Source of the DNA: Candidatus Woesearchaeota archaeon
GTDB taxonomy: Archaea > Nanobdellota > Nanobdellia > Woesearchaeales > JABMPP01
Reading direction: 5' to 3'
NCBI GenBank assembly: GCA_018303405.1
Contig: JAGVYD010000011.1
Coordinates: forward strand, 15,257 to 79,256
Length of the DNA stretch: 64,000 bases
Each line of letters begins with the position of its first letter. Within the stretch, counting starts at the first letter, position 1. The notes below the pieces were generated by a model, which saw nothing but the letters and a program-made list of their open reading frames with translations, was not told the origin of the DNA and did not search any database. The translations under genes and the position numbers were made by a program. Positions 9,144-18,872 of the stretch are shown piece by piece.

Positions 9144-10058
9144 GTGCCAACAACAAACGAAATAGTGAAAATTTATACAAAAATACACTCTATTAGGGCA
9201 GTTTCCCGGCAGACTCACATTTCGAGGACAAAAATTAGGAAAATTCTTATTGAAACCGGAATCAGAATTCCAGATAGCAGAACGGCCCAACTGGCTGTAG
9301 GTTATATCCAAGAAAAGAAGAAGTTCTGCCTTTCTCCTCAAGAAAAAGCCTATTTATACGGGTTAGTGATGGGTGATCTAACTCCTATCCTGAAATCTAA
9401 ATATACTTTAAAACTTATCACAACTTCTACTCATAAAACTTTCATGGAAATGCTATGTAAAACTTTTAAAAAATACGGGATAACTAATCATAAGGAAACT
9501 AAAAATAAAAATACGTTTAGGTTTCAAAGTCACATTGATCTGGAAAGTTTTTTATTTCTATTGGATACAAAAAACAAATGTATGCCTACTTGGATAAAGG
9601 CTCATAACTTTTACAATTTCCTTGGCGGGTTTATAGACTCTGATGGCAGTATTATTGTTAGGAAATCTGGCAATTACTTTCAATATGTTATTAGATTTTT
9701 TAGTCAGAATCTGGACCTTCTGCTTGAAATAAAAAGTAAACTGAAATCCATTGGATATCATCTTTCCATACACAAAAGTCATTCTAAGGGCCACATTAGT
9801 TATCATAAAAACGTAAAGTTTCAATACAACAGGAATTATTATACTCTTGAAACCTACAAAAAGGAAGAAACTTTAGATTTACTGGGAAAGATACCTATTA
9901 GACACCCCGAAAAAATTGCAAAAAAGAACCTGATATTTGATATTTATCGTCGAAAACTTGTATTGTGGAAAGATATTGAAAATCAAGTCAAAGAATTAAG
10001 AGAAAAAATAAGACAATCAGTAATACAAAGAAAGGCACTATCATCCCCAATATGTTAA
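9144..10058 (+). CDS. Free-standing LAGLIDADG homing endonuclease with N-terminal HTH domain
   Basis: 304 aa with two LAGLIDADG motifs (LYGLVMGDLTP and FLGGFIDSDGSIIV). N-terminal about 45 aa looks like a helix-turn-helix. Encoded in AT-rich DNA. The 3' end overlaps the 3' end of rtcB by 71 nt on the opposite strand. Confidence 0.8.
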   Translation: MPTTNEIVKIYTKIHSIRAVSRQTHISRTKIRKILIETGIRIPDSRTAQLAVGYIQEKKKFCLSPQEKAYLYGLVMGDLTPILKSKYTLKLITTSTHKTFMEMLCKTFKKYGITNHKETKNKNTFRFQSHIDLESFLFLLDTKNKCMPTWIKAHNFYNFLGGFIDSDGSIIVRKSGNYFQYVIRFFSQNLDLLLEIKSKLKSIGYHLSIHKSHSKGHISYHKNVKFQYNRNYYTLETYKKEETLDLLGKIPIRHPEKIAKKNLIFDIYRRKLVLWKDIENQVKELREKIRQSVIQRKALSSPIC

Positions 10059-11511
10059 CGGTGCCTTTAATATTCCCAATCGGCTTCAACCCAACTACAG
10101 CCTTGGAAATCCCGCTTTCTTCAACTGCCTCAACAACATCAGAAATATTCTTGTAGGCGAATCCTGCTTCCTCGGCCAGGCCTGACATTGAGGCAGCCTT
10201 AACATAAATCCCCCTTGCTTCCATGTCTTTCTGCAGCTTGTCTCCGCGGATGTCATGCTTTGCCTTTGCCCTGGACATTGTCCTGCCTGACCCGTGGCAT
10301 GTGCTGCCGAAAGTCTCTTCCATTGCCTTGTCGGTCCCGACAAGAAGGTATGAGCCTGTTTCCATGCTTCCTCCTATGATGACGGGCTGGCCTACTTTCC
10401 TGTAAGCAGGAATCAGTTCGGCATTTCCCGGCCCGAAGCTCCTGGTCGAGCCTTTCCTGTGTATAACCAACTTTTTCTTTTTTCCATCAACCTTGTATTC
10501 CTCAACTTTTGCAATGTTATGCGCGACATCATAGACAAGGTTCATTCCCATTTCCTCGTCTGACCTTCCAAAAACCTGGGAAAACCCCTTCCTGACCTGG
10601 TGCATTATTATCTGCCTGTTCGCAAACGCCATGTTTGCTGCGCAAGTCATGGCTGCAAAATAATCCTTGCCTTCCTTGCTGTTGAATGGCGCGCATGCAA
10701 GCTGCCTGTCCTTGACGGTTATATCATATTTTTTCATTGCATCCTCAAAAGTGTGCAAATAATCTGTCGCAACCTGATGCCCAAATCCCCTGCTGCCGCA
10801 ATGAATCATTATCACAACCTGGCCATCCTGGTCAATGCCAAAAGCCTTGGCTGTTTTTAAGTCGTAGATGCTGTTCTTATATGCCACCTGGATTTCCAGG
10901 TAATGGTTGCCGCTCCCCAATGTGCCAAGCTGGTTCATTCCTCTTGAATATGCCTTATCGCTGATTTTAGCCGGGTCAGCGCCCTTAATCGCGCCCTTCT
11001 CCTCTATCCTGTCTGTGTCCTCTTTCCAGCCGTAGCCATTGTCGACGCACCATTTTGCGCCGTCCACAATGACTTCCTTGAACTGCTGCTTGTTCAATCT
11101 CAAAAAACCCTTGCCGCCCACTCCCACTGGAACGATTTTGAACAATGTATCAACCAGCAGCTTTAATTTTGGCTTGACTTCATCATATGTCAAATTCGTG
11201 CGGATTAAGCGCATGCCACAATTTATGTCAAAGCCAATCCCTCCCGGGGATATTATCCCCTCATCCAGGTCAAATGCCGCAACACCGCCTATCGGGAAGC
11301 CATAGCCCCAGTGGCCGTCAGGCATGCACAAAGCAGCTTTCTGTATTCCTGGAAGGCATGCAACATTTGTAATCTGGTCATACACTCCCTCATCCATGCC
11401 TTTCATCAATTTGTCTGTCGCATAGATCCGGGCAGGAACATTCATGCCCTCTTTGTATGTTACCGGTATTTCCCAGACGCCCTTTCCAATGTTTTTAATG
11501 CCAGTTGCCAT
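9988..11511 (-). CDS. rtcB: tRNA-splicing ligase RtcB
   Basis: 507 aa with conserved RtcB blocks (CLPDGHWGYGFPIGG, GFDINCGMRL, HNHA-like region). Carries an unusual 24-aa hydrophobic C-terminal extension encoded antisense to the homing endonuclease. Confidence 0.9.
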   Translation of the reverse strand: MATGIKNIGKGVWEIPVTYKEGMNVPARIYATDKLMKGMDEGVYDQITNVACLPGIQKAALCMPDGHWGYGFPIGGVAAFDLDEGIISPGGIGFDINCGMRLIRTNLTYDEVKPKLKLLVDTLFKIVPVGVGGKGFLRLNKQQFKEVIVDGAKWCVDNGYGWKEDTDRIEEKGAIKGADPAKISDKAYSRGMNQLGTLGSGNHYLEIQVAYKNSIYDLKTAKAFGIDQDGQVVIMIHCGSRGFGHQVATDYLHTFEDAMKKYDITVKDRQLACAPFNSKEGKDYFAAMTCAANMAFANRQIIMHQVRKGFSQVFGRSDEEMGMNLVYDVAHNIAKVEEYKVDGKKKKLVIHRKGSTRSFGPGNAELIPAYRKVGQPVIIGGSMETGSYLLVGTDKAMEETFGSTCHGSGRTMSRAKAKHDIRGDKLQKDMEARGIYVKAASMSGLAEEAGFAYKNISDVVEAVEESGISKAVVGLKPIGNIKGTVNILGMIVPFFVLLIVLFFLLIL

Positions 11512-11558
11512 CTTGTATTTTCATTTCCTCAAAATCGTATCCTAAAAATTTTATTCCA

Positions 11559-11984
11559 TCAAATATCCAAGACAAATTTGGCTTCCCAGCCATTTTTCTT
11601 CTTCTGGAGCCTGAACATGTGCAGGGTAACTGCCTTTACATCCAGCTTTAATTTATGCTTTTTTGGGTCGATGTTTTCCCCGAGAAGCTGTGCGCGCAAA
11701 ATCATGGCATGGCCCTGCGCCAGGCTGATTTCAACAGATGAAAACACCATGTTATCAGCGTCCTTGATGTAGACAATCTCCTCCAGAAATTTCAAGAGCA
11801 GCTTTTCCGGGTCTGTTTCTTCCAAATACAGTTCTTTTACAATGGTTTTTCCCACGCTTTTTGTTTCTACAAGTGTATTGAAGACTGCTTTGGCAGAAGT
11901 CTGGAAAATATCCTTGAGATTCTTCTCCTGGACCACAAATGCAACATCTGCAGTTGCCTCGTCCTTTAGTATCATGTATGGCAT
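11559..11984 (-). CDS. Archease (RtcB activator)
   Basis: 141 aa with the N-terminal ATADVAF motif of archease. Adjacent to rtcB, as in many archaea. Confidence 0.75.
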   Translation of the reverse strand: MPYMILKDEATADVAFVVQEKNLKDIFQTSAKAVFNTLVETKSVGKTIVKELYLEETDPEKLLLKFLEEIVYIKDADNMVFSSVEISLAQGHAMILRAQLLGENIDPKKHKLKLDVKAVTLHMFRLQKKKNGWEAKFVLDI

Positions 11985-12056
11985 GTGAATAAGGCAGAAT
12001 ATCCCATTTATAACATTTATTGTACGAAATGCCCCCGCAGCCAGGCGTAGCTGAAG

Positions 12057-12746
12057 CTAAGCATCAAACTCTATTTCGCCGTCAAGGTAAACCCCTTTAT
12101 GCAGCTTGACCGGGCGCCAGTCATCCTCAACAAGCTGTGCGCCGAGCCATTCAGCAAGCTCCTTTGGATTGCCTATTGTCGCGGACAGGCCGACAATCTG
12201 GACATTTTTCAAGATCTCCTTCAGCAATGTGATTATTATTTCAAGAGTGGGCCCTCTTCCGGGGTCATTGAGAAGGTGGATTTCGTCTATGATCACTACC
12301 CTGACATATTTCAGCCAGGGCGCATGATGCCTCATAAGGGAATCCAATTTTTCGCTAGTGGTTATAATAAAGTCATAATCCAGGAGGTATTCATCTGCTG
12401 AATCCATGTCGCCAATTGAAATTGCAATCTTGAAAAGCTTGCCATACTTGCGCCTGAATTCCTTGTGTTTTTCGCTGGCCAATGCCTTGAGGGGCACAAT
12501 ATAGATAACCTTGCCTTTCCCTTCCATGATGGATTTTACTCCTGCAAGCTCTGCTATCAGGGTTTTCCCTGAAGCAGTGGGGGTGCAAACCAGCAGGCTT
12601 TTACCGTCGAGAAGTCCCTTTTTTATAGCTTTTTCCTGGGCAGGCCTTAACTCCCTGATCTCCTCCCTTTGCAATACTTCAAAAAAATCCTTGGGCAGGT
12701 TTTTTTCAAGGGCTTCCAGCTTCATAGGGTTGAGATTGGGCAACAT
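12057..12746 (-). CDS. Hel308/Ski2-like helicase N-terminal RecA1 domain fragment (truncated, possibly pseudogene or split gene)
   Basis: 229 aa with helicase motifs Q, I (TASGKT), Ia, II (DEIH) and III (SAT), then a stop. No second RecA domain, WH or ratchet domain follows; archease begins 72 bp downstream. Confidence 0.55.
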   Translation of the reverse strand: MLPNLNPMKLEALEKNLPKDFFEVLQREEIRELRPAQEKAIKKGLLDGKSLLVCTPTASGKTLIAELAGVKSIMEGKGKVIYIVPLKALASEKHKEFRRKYGKLFKIAISIGDMDSADEYLLDYDFIITTSEKLDSLMRHHAPWLKYVRVVIIDEIHLLNDPGRGPTLEIIITLLKEILKNVQIVGLSATIGNPKELAEWLGAQLVEDDWRPVKLHKGVYLDGEIEFDA

Positions 12747-12749
12747 AAT

Positions 12750-14288
12750 TTAAATGTTTACAATAAGCCCTTTGCGGTCCATTTCTTTTGGCTTTTTAAT
12801 GCTGAGAAGCCTGAGGATTGTAGGCGCTATGTCTGAAAGAATGCCGTTTCTCAGCTGATAATTGCCACTTGCAGCAAGAATAAACGGGACCTGGCTTGTT
12901 GTGTGGGCGGTGTTCGGGCTTCCGTTCTTTTCCTTCATTTTTTCGCAATTTCCATGGTCTGCAGTTATGATTAATGCGGCGCCAGCGGACTGAGCTGCCC
13001 TGTAAACGCTGCCAATGCATTTGTCAACGTGCTCGCATGCCTGTATGCCTGCCTTGAATACTCCTGTGTGGCCTACCATGTCGCCATTTGCAAAATTCGC
13101 CACAATAAGCCCATATTTTGTTGTGTCCAGTTTTTCAATAACCTTTTTTGCAATCTCATAGGCTCTCATCCTCGGCGCCAAATCATAAGTGGCAACCTTT
13201 AGGGATGGGATAAGAATCCTGTCTTCACCCCTGTTTGGCTTCTCCTGCAGGCCGTTGAAGAAATATGTCACATGGGCGTATTTTTCAGTCTCGGCAACCC
13301 TCAACTGCTTCATCCCGTGCCTGCTTATGACTTCACCCAAGGTATTTTTCAATTTCAGCGGCTGGAAAGCAATCCTTGCGCGCATGCCTTTGTAGTAATC
13401 AGTCATGCCCACAAAAAATATTTCCTTCATTTTTCTTTTGAATCCAGCAAAGCCCGGCTCAACCATTGCCATTGTTATCTGCCTTGCCCTGTCATACCTG
13501 AAGTTGTAGAATATTACCGCATCATTGTTTTTCAGTCCTTCATAACTGCCAATGGCAGTCGGCAGGATGAATTCATCTGTCTCATCTCTTCCATACGCCT
13601 GAGATACGGCGCTGTCTATGCTTTTTGCCCTCAATCCCTTTCCATTGGCAATGCACTCATATGCCTTTCTTGTCCGGTGCCACCTTTTGTCGCGGTCCAT
13701 TGAATAGTACCTTCCGGACAATGTGGCAATATTCCCAAGGCCAAGTTTCCTTATTTGCCTCTTCAGCGCAGAAATATATCGCATGCAAGATTTTGGCAGG
13801 GTGTCCCTTCCGTCGGAAAAGACATGTATTGCGACATCTTTGAATCTCCTCATTTTGCAGAGCCTCATCAGGGCGAAAAGGTGCTCCTGGCTTGCATGGA
13901 CTCCCTGGTCCTGCAGCAGGCCCATGAGGTGCAAAGTGCGCCTGTATTTCTTGCAGTGGTCTATTGCACTTACTAATCCCTTTATCCTAAAGAAAGATTT
14001 GTCCTTGAGGCTCTTGTTAATCCTGACAAGCGACTGGTCAACAATCCTGCCTGCGCCGATATTGAGGTGGCCGACCTCGCTTGTTCCCTGGTTGCCCGGC
14101 GGAAGGCCGACTGCCTCGCCAGCAGCCCTCAGGATTGCATGCGGATATCTTTTGCTGAGAAAATCAAGATTCGGCGTTTTTGCATTGGCAATTGCATTCC
14201 CTTTTTTCCCCTTAGCAATCCCCCACCCGTCAAGAATCAGCAGTACCACAGCTTGCCTTTGAAATCTTTTTCTGCTGGTATTTTTCAT
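12750..14288 (-). CDS. gpmI: 2,3-bisphosphoglycerate-independent phosphoglycerate mutase (bacterial iPGM type)
   Basis: 512 aa with metal-binding/phosphoserine region motifs, including ADHGN and the SDGRDT-like region. Adjacent to enolase. Confidence 0.85.
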   Translation of the reverse strand: MKNTSRKRFQRQAVVLLILDGWGIAKGKKGNAIANAKTPNLDFLSKRYPHAILRAAGEAVGLPPGNQGTSEVGHLNIGAGRIVDQSLVRINKSLKDKSFFRIKGLVSAIDHCKKYRRTLHLMGLLQDQGVHASQEHLFALMRLCKMRRFKDVAIHVFSDGRDTLPKSCMRYISALKRQIRKLGLGNIATLSGRYYSMDRDKRWHRTRKAYECIANGKGLRAKSIDSAVSQAYGRDETDEFILPTAIGSYEGLKNNDAVIFYNFRYDRARQITMAMVEPGFAGFKRKMKEIFFVGMTDYYKGMRARIAFQPLKLKNTLGEVISRHGMKQLRVAETEKYAHVTYFFNGLQEKPNRGEDRILIPSLKVATYDLAPRMRAYEIAKKVIEKLDTTKYGLIVANFANGDMVGHTGVFKAGIQACEHVDKCIGSVYRAAQSAGAALIITADHGNCEKMKEKNGSPNTAHTTSQVPFILAASGNYQLRNGILSDIAPTILRLLSIKKPKEMDRKGLIVNI

Positions 14289-15568
14289 ATTATCTTTCCC
14301 TGGTATATTGCCCTGCTGCCAAGCTCCTCTTCAATCCTCAAAAGCTGGTTGTATTTTGCGGTCCTTTCCCCTCTTGCAGGCGCGCCTGTTTTTATCTGCC
14401 CGCAGCCAAGCGCAACAGCCAAATCAGCAATAAAGCTGTCTTCAGTCTCCCCGCTTCTGTGGCTTACCATCACATTCCATCCGCTTTTCATGGCAAGATT
14501 TGCCGCATTAATTGCTTCTGTTACTGTCCCAATTTGGTTTACTTTTAGCAGGAGGCAGCTGCAGGATGATTTTTCAATTGCTGTGGCTATCCTTCTGGCA
14601 TTCGTAACAAGCAAATCATCGCCGACAACCTGTGCCTTTCCCCTTAACCCAGCGTTTAGGCTTGCAAATGCTTCAAACTCTTCCTGATTAAATGGATCTT
14701 CGATTGACACAAAATTGTGTTTGTCAACCAGATCTTGGTAAATCTCTATCAATCCTTTTTTGCTGACCTCTTTTCCTGCTAGCCTGTACGAAAAATTATT
14801 GTAAAATTCGCTTGCAGCGCAATCAATGCCCAATTGCACCTTATCACTGTATCCGGAATCACGCAGCGCTTCCTCAATCAGGGAAACAGCCTCGGATATT
14901 TTTTTCAATGGAGGGGCAAATCCACCCTCATCCCCTACATTAGTGGCATTCTTGCCATATTTTCCCTTTATCACATCCTTGAGCACATGGTATGTTTCAG
15001 CGCCAATCTGGACTGCCTCAGAAAAACTTGCAGCTCCAGTCGGCATTATCAAGAATTCCTGGACATCCAGGCTGTTGCCGGCATGCCTGCCGCCATTGAT
15101 GATATTCATGCACGGGACAGGCATGACCAGCTTCTTGGATTTCGATAGCTTTTGAAGGTACCTGTACAACGGGATTCCTTCAGAAACTGCCGCGGCGCGG
15201 CTTATAGCCATGCTCACGCCCAGAATTGCATTGGCGCCGAGCCTTGACTTGTCTGGCGTGCCATCAAGATTCAGCATTTCTGAGTCAATTTTTTCCTGGT
15301 CAGTCACCTTTTTGCCAGCCAATTTTTTTGCAATTACATCATTCACGTTTTTCACTGCATTAAGGACGCCCTTGCCGCCAAATCTAGCGCCGCCATCCCT
15401 CAATTCAAGCGCCTCATGGGCCCCTGTGCTCGCACCGCTCGGGACACTTGCCCTGCCAATGCCAGAATGCGTTTCAACATCAACCTCAATAGTTGGATTG
15501 CCACGTGAATCCAGAACTTCCCTGGCCCTGATCCTTCTTATCCTTGACATTGCCAGCCTCTTTTCCAA
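14285..15568 (-). CDS. eno: Enolase
   Basis: 427 aa. N-terminal IRAREVLDSRGNPTIEVDV and active-site regions (SHRSGETED, KVNQIGT) match enolase. Confidence 0.95.
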   Translation of the reverse strand: MEKRLAMSRIRRIRAREVLDSRGNPTIEVDVETHSGIGRASVPSGASTGAHEALELRDGGARFGGKGVLNAVKNVNDVIAKKLAGKKVTDQEKIDSEMLNLDGTPDKSRLGANAILGVSMAISRAAAVSEGIPLYRYLQKLSKSKKLVMPVPCMNIINGGRHAGNSLDVQEFLIMPTGAASFSEAVQIGAETYHVLKDVIKGKYGKNATNVGDEGGFAPPLKKISEAVSLIEEALRDSGYSDKVQLGIDCAASEFYNNFSYRLAGKEVSKKGLIEIYQDLVDKHNFVSIEDPFNQEEFEAFASLNAGLRGKAQVVGDDLLVTNARRIATAIEKSSCSCLLLKVNQIGTVTEAINAANLAMKSGWNVMVSHRSGETEDSFIADLAVALGCGQIKTGAPARGERTAKYNQLLRIEEELGSRAIYQGKII

Positions 15569-15613
15569 ATTGCAATGGCACCCGGGCCATTATTTATCTC
15601 AGATTATGCACAA

Positions 15614-16450
15614 TCATCCAATATAGCTTGTTTCCTTTTTTGTGAAGCTTTTCATTTTCCTGGATGCCTTCTCCAGTTCACCGCCTTTCATTATATCGGA
15701 TTCCATGTCCTTGATGTCCCTCTCCAGCTTCTTTACATCAACGCCAAGCTTCAGCTTCCTGTCAAGGACCTTGATAATTTCCTTTGCCCCCCTGATCCCA
15801 AGATACATAGGGTGGGCAAGGGTTTCAGCGAGCATTGCAATCCCGCTTATCTTCTGCCTTTCGGCCAGCCCCACAAGCAGGCCTGAAACGCCGACGATTG
15901 GCCCGACAACTCCATAGAGCTTGGGGCTTGCACCTGTGCCATCTGTGTATTTCCTGACAATTTCCTTGCTGTTTCCGGTGCAATAGACCTTTGGCGTCTT
16001 GGATATTGTTGAAAGGCCTATGCCTCCAAGAGTTATGATTTCCCTGCATTTCATCTGCCTGCACATCCCAATAACAGTCTCGCAGAATTCATATGATGAT
16101 TCCTCATTGGTTGGCTGAATGTCTCCGGCAAGCAAAAGCAGATCCCTTTTGCCTTTCCCCATTTTTTTATAATAGAGCTCTATAGTCGGAAGCTCAATAA
16201 GGCTTTCCTCATTGACAAATACAGAATTTGGAAGCCCATGGGAAAAAAACCTGCAAATTTTCACAGTCTTGGACTCTGCAATAACAAAATCAACAGCAAC
16301 TTTGCCGACATTCCCTATGCCGGGCAGTCCTTCAACCAGTATTGGGTTGTTTAGGACAGGGAATTTTTTCACAAATTTTTCGATTTTCCAGGCCATGCAA
16401 TGCAAAAAGTCATGGGCATTTAAATAACTTATTATCCCAGGATTCCACAA
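15614..16450 (-). CDS. Proteasome assembly chaperone (PAC2) family protein
   Basis: 278 aa. LVEGLPGIGNVGKVA motif of the archaeal PAC2/DUF75 family. Conserved position downstream of nop10/aIF2-alpha. The true start is probably an internal Met near 16396. Confidence 0.6.
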   Translation of the reverse strand: MWNPGIISYLNAHDFLHCMAWKIEKFVKKFPVLNNPILVEGLPGIGNVGKVAVDFVIAESKTVKICRFFSHGLPNSVFVNEESLIELPTIELYYKKMGKGKRDLLLLAGDIQPTNEESSYEFCETVIGMCRQMKCREIITLGGIGLSTISKTPKVYCTGNSKEIVRKYTDGTGASPKLYGVVGPIVGVSGLLVGLAERQKISGIAMLAETLAHPMYLGIRGAKEIIKVLDRKLKLGVDVKKLERDIKDMESDIMKGGELEKASRKMKSFTKKETSYIG

Positions 16451-16501
16451 TTCCCTCTGGCCCCAAATCCAGATGATATTAATTCGAATCCCGGCACAGA
16501 A

Positions 16502-16684
16502 TTAAAGCAGCCCTTCAGACTGCCACTTTTCCAGCTTGGCCTTTCTCCTGTATTCGCCATAATGGTCGTCGGGAGAGTATTTTGCAGGCTTTGGGTTTGC
16601 TGTTGGCACGGGCGCATGGCCGTTGCTGCAAGCATCTTCCATGGAATAATTTCCACATTCAGGGCATTTCAGGATGTGCCTCAT
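16502..16684 (-). CDS. nop10: H/ACA RNP protein Nop10
   Basis: 60 aa. CPECG...C zinc ribbon followed by the DDHYGEYRRK motif characteristic of Nop10. Confidence 0.8.
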   Translation of the reverse strand: MRHILKCPECGNYSMEDACSNGHAPVPTANPKPAKYSPDDHYGEYRRKAKLEKWQSEGLL

Positions 16685-17463
16685 TTTTCATCCCTAAAAA
16701 ATTCACCGATTCCGCCTTTTTTCTGCATCCCTTCAACAGCTGTCTCAATTGCCTTGCCCAGTATCCTTTCAGCAGTCTTGTAATCAGGCGCCTTTACAAC
16801 CAGATTGTACTTTCCGCCCCCGGCATAGCTCATGGTAATCCTATCAATATCAGTGTTTCTTGTCTCAATCAGGACTTTTTTTACAATTTCAATGCCGTTG
16901 CCTTCGAAGCTGGCCAGGCTGAGCTTTCCGCTTATCTGGACTTCAGATGGCTTTATCCTTGTTTTTACGGTTTCCACCAAGGCCAGCGCAACATCTGCCG
17001 GCAGCTCAAAAGCCCTTACAAGGCTTTCATTTTCCGAGAGATCCTCCAAAAACGCATAAAGGTTAGCGTATTTGAGGAGTATTTTCTTGCTGATAAAATC
17101 ATACAGGTCCTCTGTTTTCTTGCCAAGCCGCTTTGCAACATGCTCAACGATTTTCTCTGCCTTCTGCATCTGCTTTATCTGGTTTATCTTTGCCCTTTTT
17201 TGCGTCTCTGTAACCCTTCGCAGGGACAAGTCAATGTTTCCCCGCTCAAGATAAACCCTGAGAACCTTGCAGACTACAACCTTGCCTTCCTTGACATAGT
17301 CCCTTATATTCCTAATCCTTCCGGGCGATACTTCAGAAATATGGATCATTCCGGTCTTGCCGTATTCATCCAAATTTGCAAATACAGAATGGTGCTGAAC
17401 ACTGGTAACAGTGCAAAGGACAAGTTCGTCCTCCTGCGGGTAACCCTGCTTCTTGTACAGCAT
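16681..17463 (-). CDS. eif2a: Translation initiation factor 2 alpha subunit (aIF2-alpha)
   Basis: 260 aa with an N-terminal S1 domain (GMIHISEVSPGRIRNIRDYVKEGKVV) and eIF2-alpha helical/C-terminal domains. Confidence 0.9.
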   Translation of the reverse strand: MLYKKQGYPQEDELVLCTVTSVQHHSVFANLDEYGKTGMIHISEVSPGRIRNIRDYVKEGKVVVCKVLRVYLERGNIDLSLRRVTETQKRAKINQIKQMQKAEKIVEHVAKRLGKKTEDLYDFISKKILLKYANLYAFLEDLSENESLVRAFELPADVALALVETVKTRIKPSEVQISGKLSLASFEGNGIEIVKKVLIETRNTDIDRITMSYAGGGKYNLVVKAPDYKTAERILGKAIETAVEGMQKKGGIGEFFRDEK

Positions 17464-17700
17464 TTACTCAAGGACCTCCAGAATTCTGGCGTCAATCGAA
17501 GCCTTGCCTCCTGTTGGCCTGGCCAAAACCTTGCCACAGACCAGGCATTTTACTTCCATTGACGCTTTTCCAAACACCACTTGCTCGTTCTTGCACTTGG
17601 TGCACCTGACCTTGATGAATTTTGAGTAATGCTCCTTGATTTTCATTTTGGCACCTTCATATTTTTTTGTTTTGTCCGGCGGCGGGATGGTCGCTTCCAC
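17464..17700 (-). CDS. rps27e: Ribosomal protein S27e
   Basis: 78 aa with C4 zinc finger (CTKCKNEQVVF...CLVCG) typical of S27e. Confidence 0.9.
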   Translation of the reverse strand: MEATIPPPDKTKKYEGAKMKIKEHYSKFIKVRCTKCKNEQVVFGKASMEVKCLVCGKVLARPTGGKASIDARILEVLE

Positions 17701-17705
17701 TGGAT

Positions 17706-18014
17706 TTACTTGAACTCAACCCTTTTGGCCCTAATCCCATACCTTTGGTTGTGCATCTTGTTGCACTTAGTGCACGTGTATCTCAAATCTGTCTTCTTTG
17801 TGACTTTTTTCCCAGTCATTTTCCAGCTTGTAACTGCCGGCTTTGAATACCTTCCGAGGTTGCCAGTGCCCCTGGCCCTTCCCCTCAACCTGGCCCTCAC
17901 CTTGGAGCCATAGCTCATGCTTCTCGGGCTTTTTTTCTTTGTCAGGGTTATTTTATGCTCGGTATGCTTCTTGCAATACGGGCAGTATTTTTTCCTGGTC
18001 TTGGGCAATTTCAT
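17706..18014 (-). CDS. rpl44e: Ribosomal protein L44e
   Basis: 102 aa with CPYCKKHTEH...CTKCNK zinc ribbon. Basic composition typical of L44e. Confidence 0.9.
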   Translation of the reverse strand: MKLPKTRKKYCPYCKKHTEHKITLTKKKSPRSMSYGSKVRARLRGRARGTGNLGRYSKPAVTSWKMTGKKVTKKTDLRYTCTKCNKMHNQRYGIRAKRVEFK

Positions 18015-18098
18015 GCCCCTATGGAAAAGATGCCCATTTAAAAGCCTTTTCTTTGCTTATGCAGGGCGGAAGCCCCCCGCGGGCTGCTGTTAGAATGA

Positions 18099-18872
18099 CT
18101 AGCTATTGGACTCTATGTTCTCTGCCCTGCCTTTCCTGACAAGAATATCAGCAATTGCCTTTGGCAGGTGGGCAATATCCTCTGGCTCAAAAGGGCCATA
18201 AACTTCAAGCTCCTTTCCCACAAACTTGGGCACATGGCTTGTGAACCTGATTGTGGCCTTGATGCTTTCTATAAGCATTGCATCATTTGCCTGGCCCGGC
18301 TTTGAAATTTCAACAACATGGGTGGCTTTTATGGCTGTTTCATTAGCCTCTGCTTTGGGCATAGCTTCTTTCCTCTCGCTGGCCATTTCCTGGCCGCCCT
18401 TGCTTGCAGCCCGGGATTCAGATTGCTTTTCCACAGCAGCCGCCCTGGTCATGACCGGATAGCTCAGGCTCAGCACATTGTTCAAAACCCCGTTCCTGAA
18501 CATGTTGAACTCGCCTACCAATGAGTCAAAAAGCAGTCTTTCCTCTTTCAGCACATTTGCGGTGTTTATCAGGCTTGACCCTGTCCTGGACTTGAACATG
18601 GACATTTCGACCAGCTTTCTTTCCCGCCTTTCGTACAATTCCTTGATTATTTTCCTGACATTTTCCAGCTGGGACTTTGTCTTATCCTTTTCATCTGAGA
18701 AAAACACATTGCCGTCATCCGGCTTTTTCATGATTGCTTCCTTTTCGCGCAGGTAATTCACAATGTCCTGGTAGAAAGTCTCCTGCAACGGCTGAAGCTC
18801 TTCCCTGTTCTTTTCCCGCCTGAGAAGCTCAAAAAGCGTGTCATATGTAATATTAATTTCCTTGTCAGCCAT
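18099..18872 (-). CDS. GINS complex subunit (Gins51/Psf1-Sld5 family), putative
   Basis: 257 aa. N-terminal LQPLQETFYQDIVNYL matches the GINS A-domain LQPLPxDFY signature. Has a C-terminal B-domain-like segment and a low-complexity insert in the middle. Confidence 0.45.
   Translation of the reverse strand: MADKEINITYDTLFELLRREKNREELQPLQETFYQDIVNYLREKEAIMKKPDDGNVFFSDEKDKTKSQLENVRKIIKELYERRERKLVEMSMFKSRTGSSLINTANVLKEERLLFDSLVGEFNMFRNGVLNNVLSLSYPVMTRAAAVEKQSESRAASKGGQEMASERKEAMPKAEANETAIKATHVVEISKPGQANDAMLIESIKATIRFTSHVPKFVGKELEVYGPFEPEDIAHLPKAIADILVRKGRAENIESNS

Noticed and set aside
9988-11511. Possibility that the LAGLIDADG endonuclease is part of an RtcB intein
   Set aside because: The HEG is on the opposite strand and begins with its own Met and HTH. 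No intein block A/B or C-terminal HN-Ser/Cys junction is found in RtcB.
16582-17562. 326-aa plus-strand ORF antisense to aIF2-alpha/Nop10
   Set aside because: Antisense to a conserved ribosomal-operon gene, with low-complexity Cys/Phe-rich translation.
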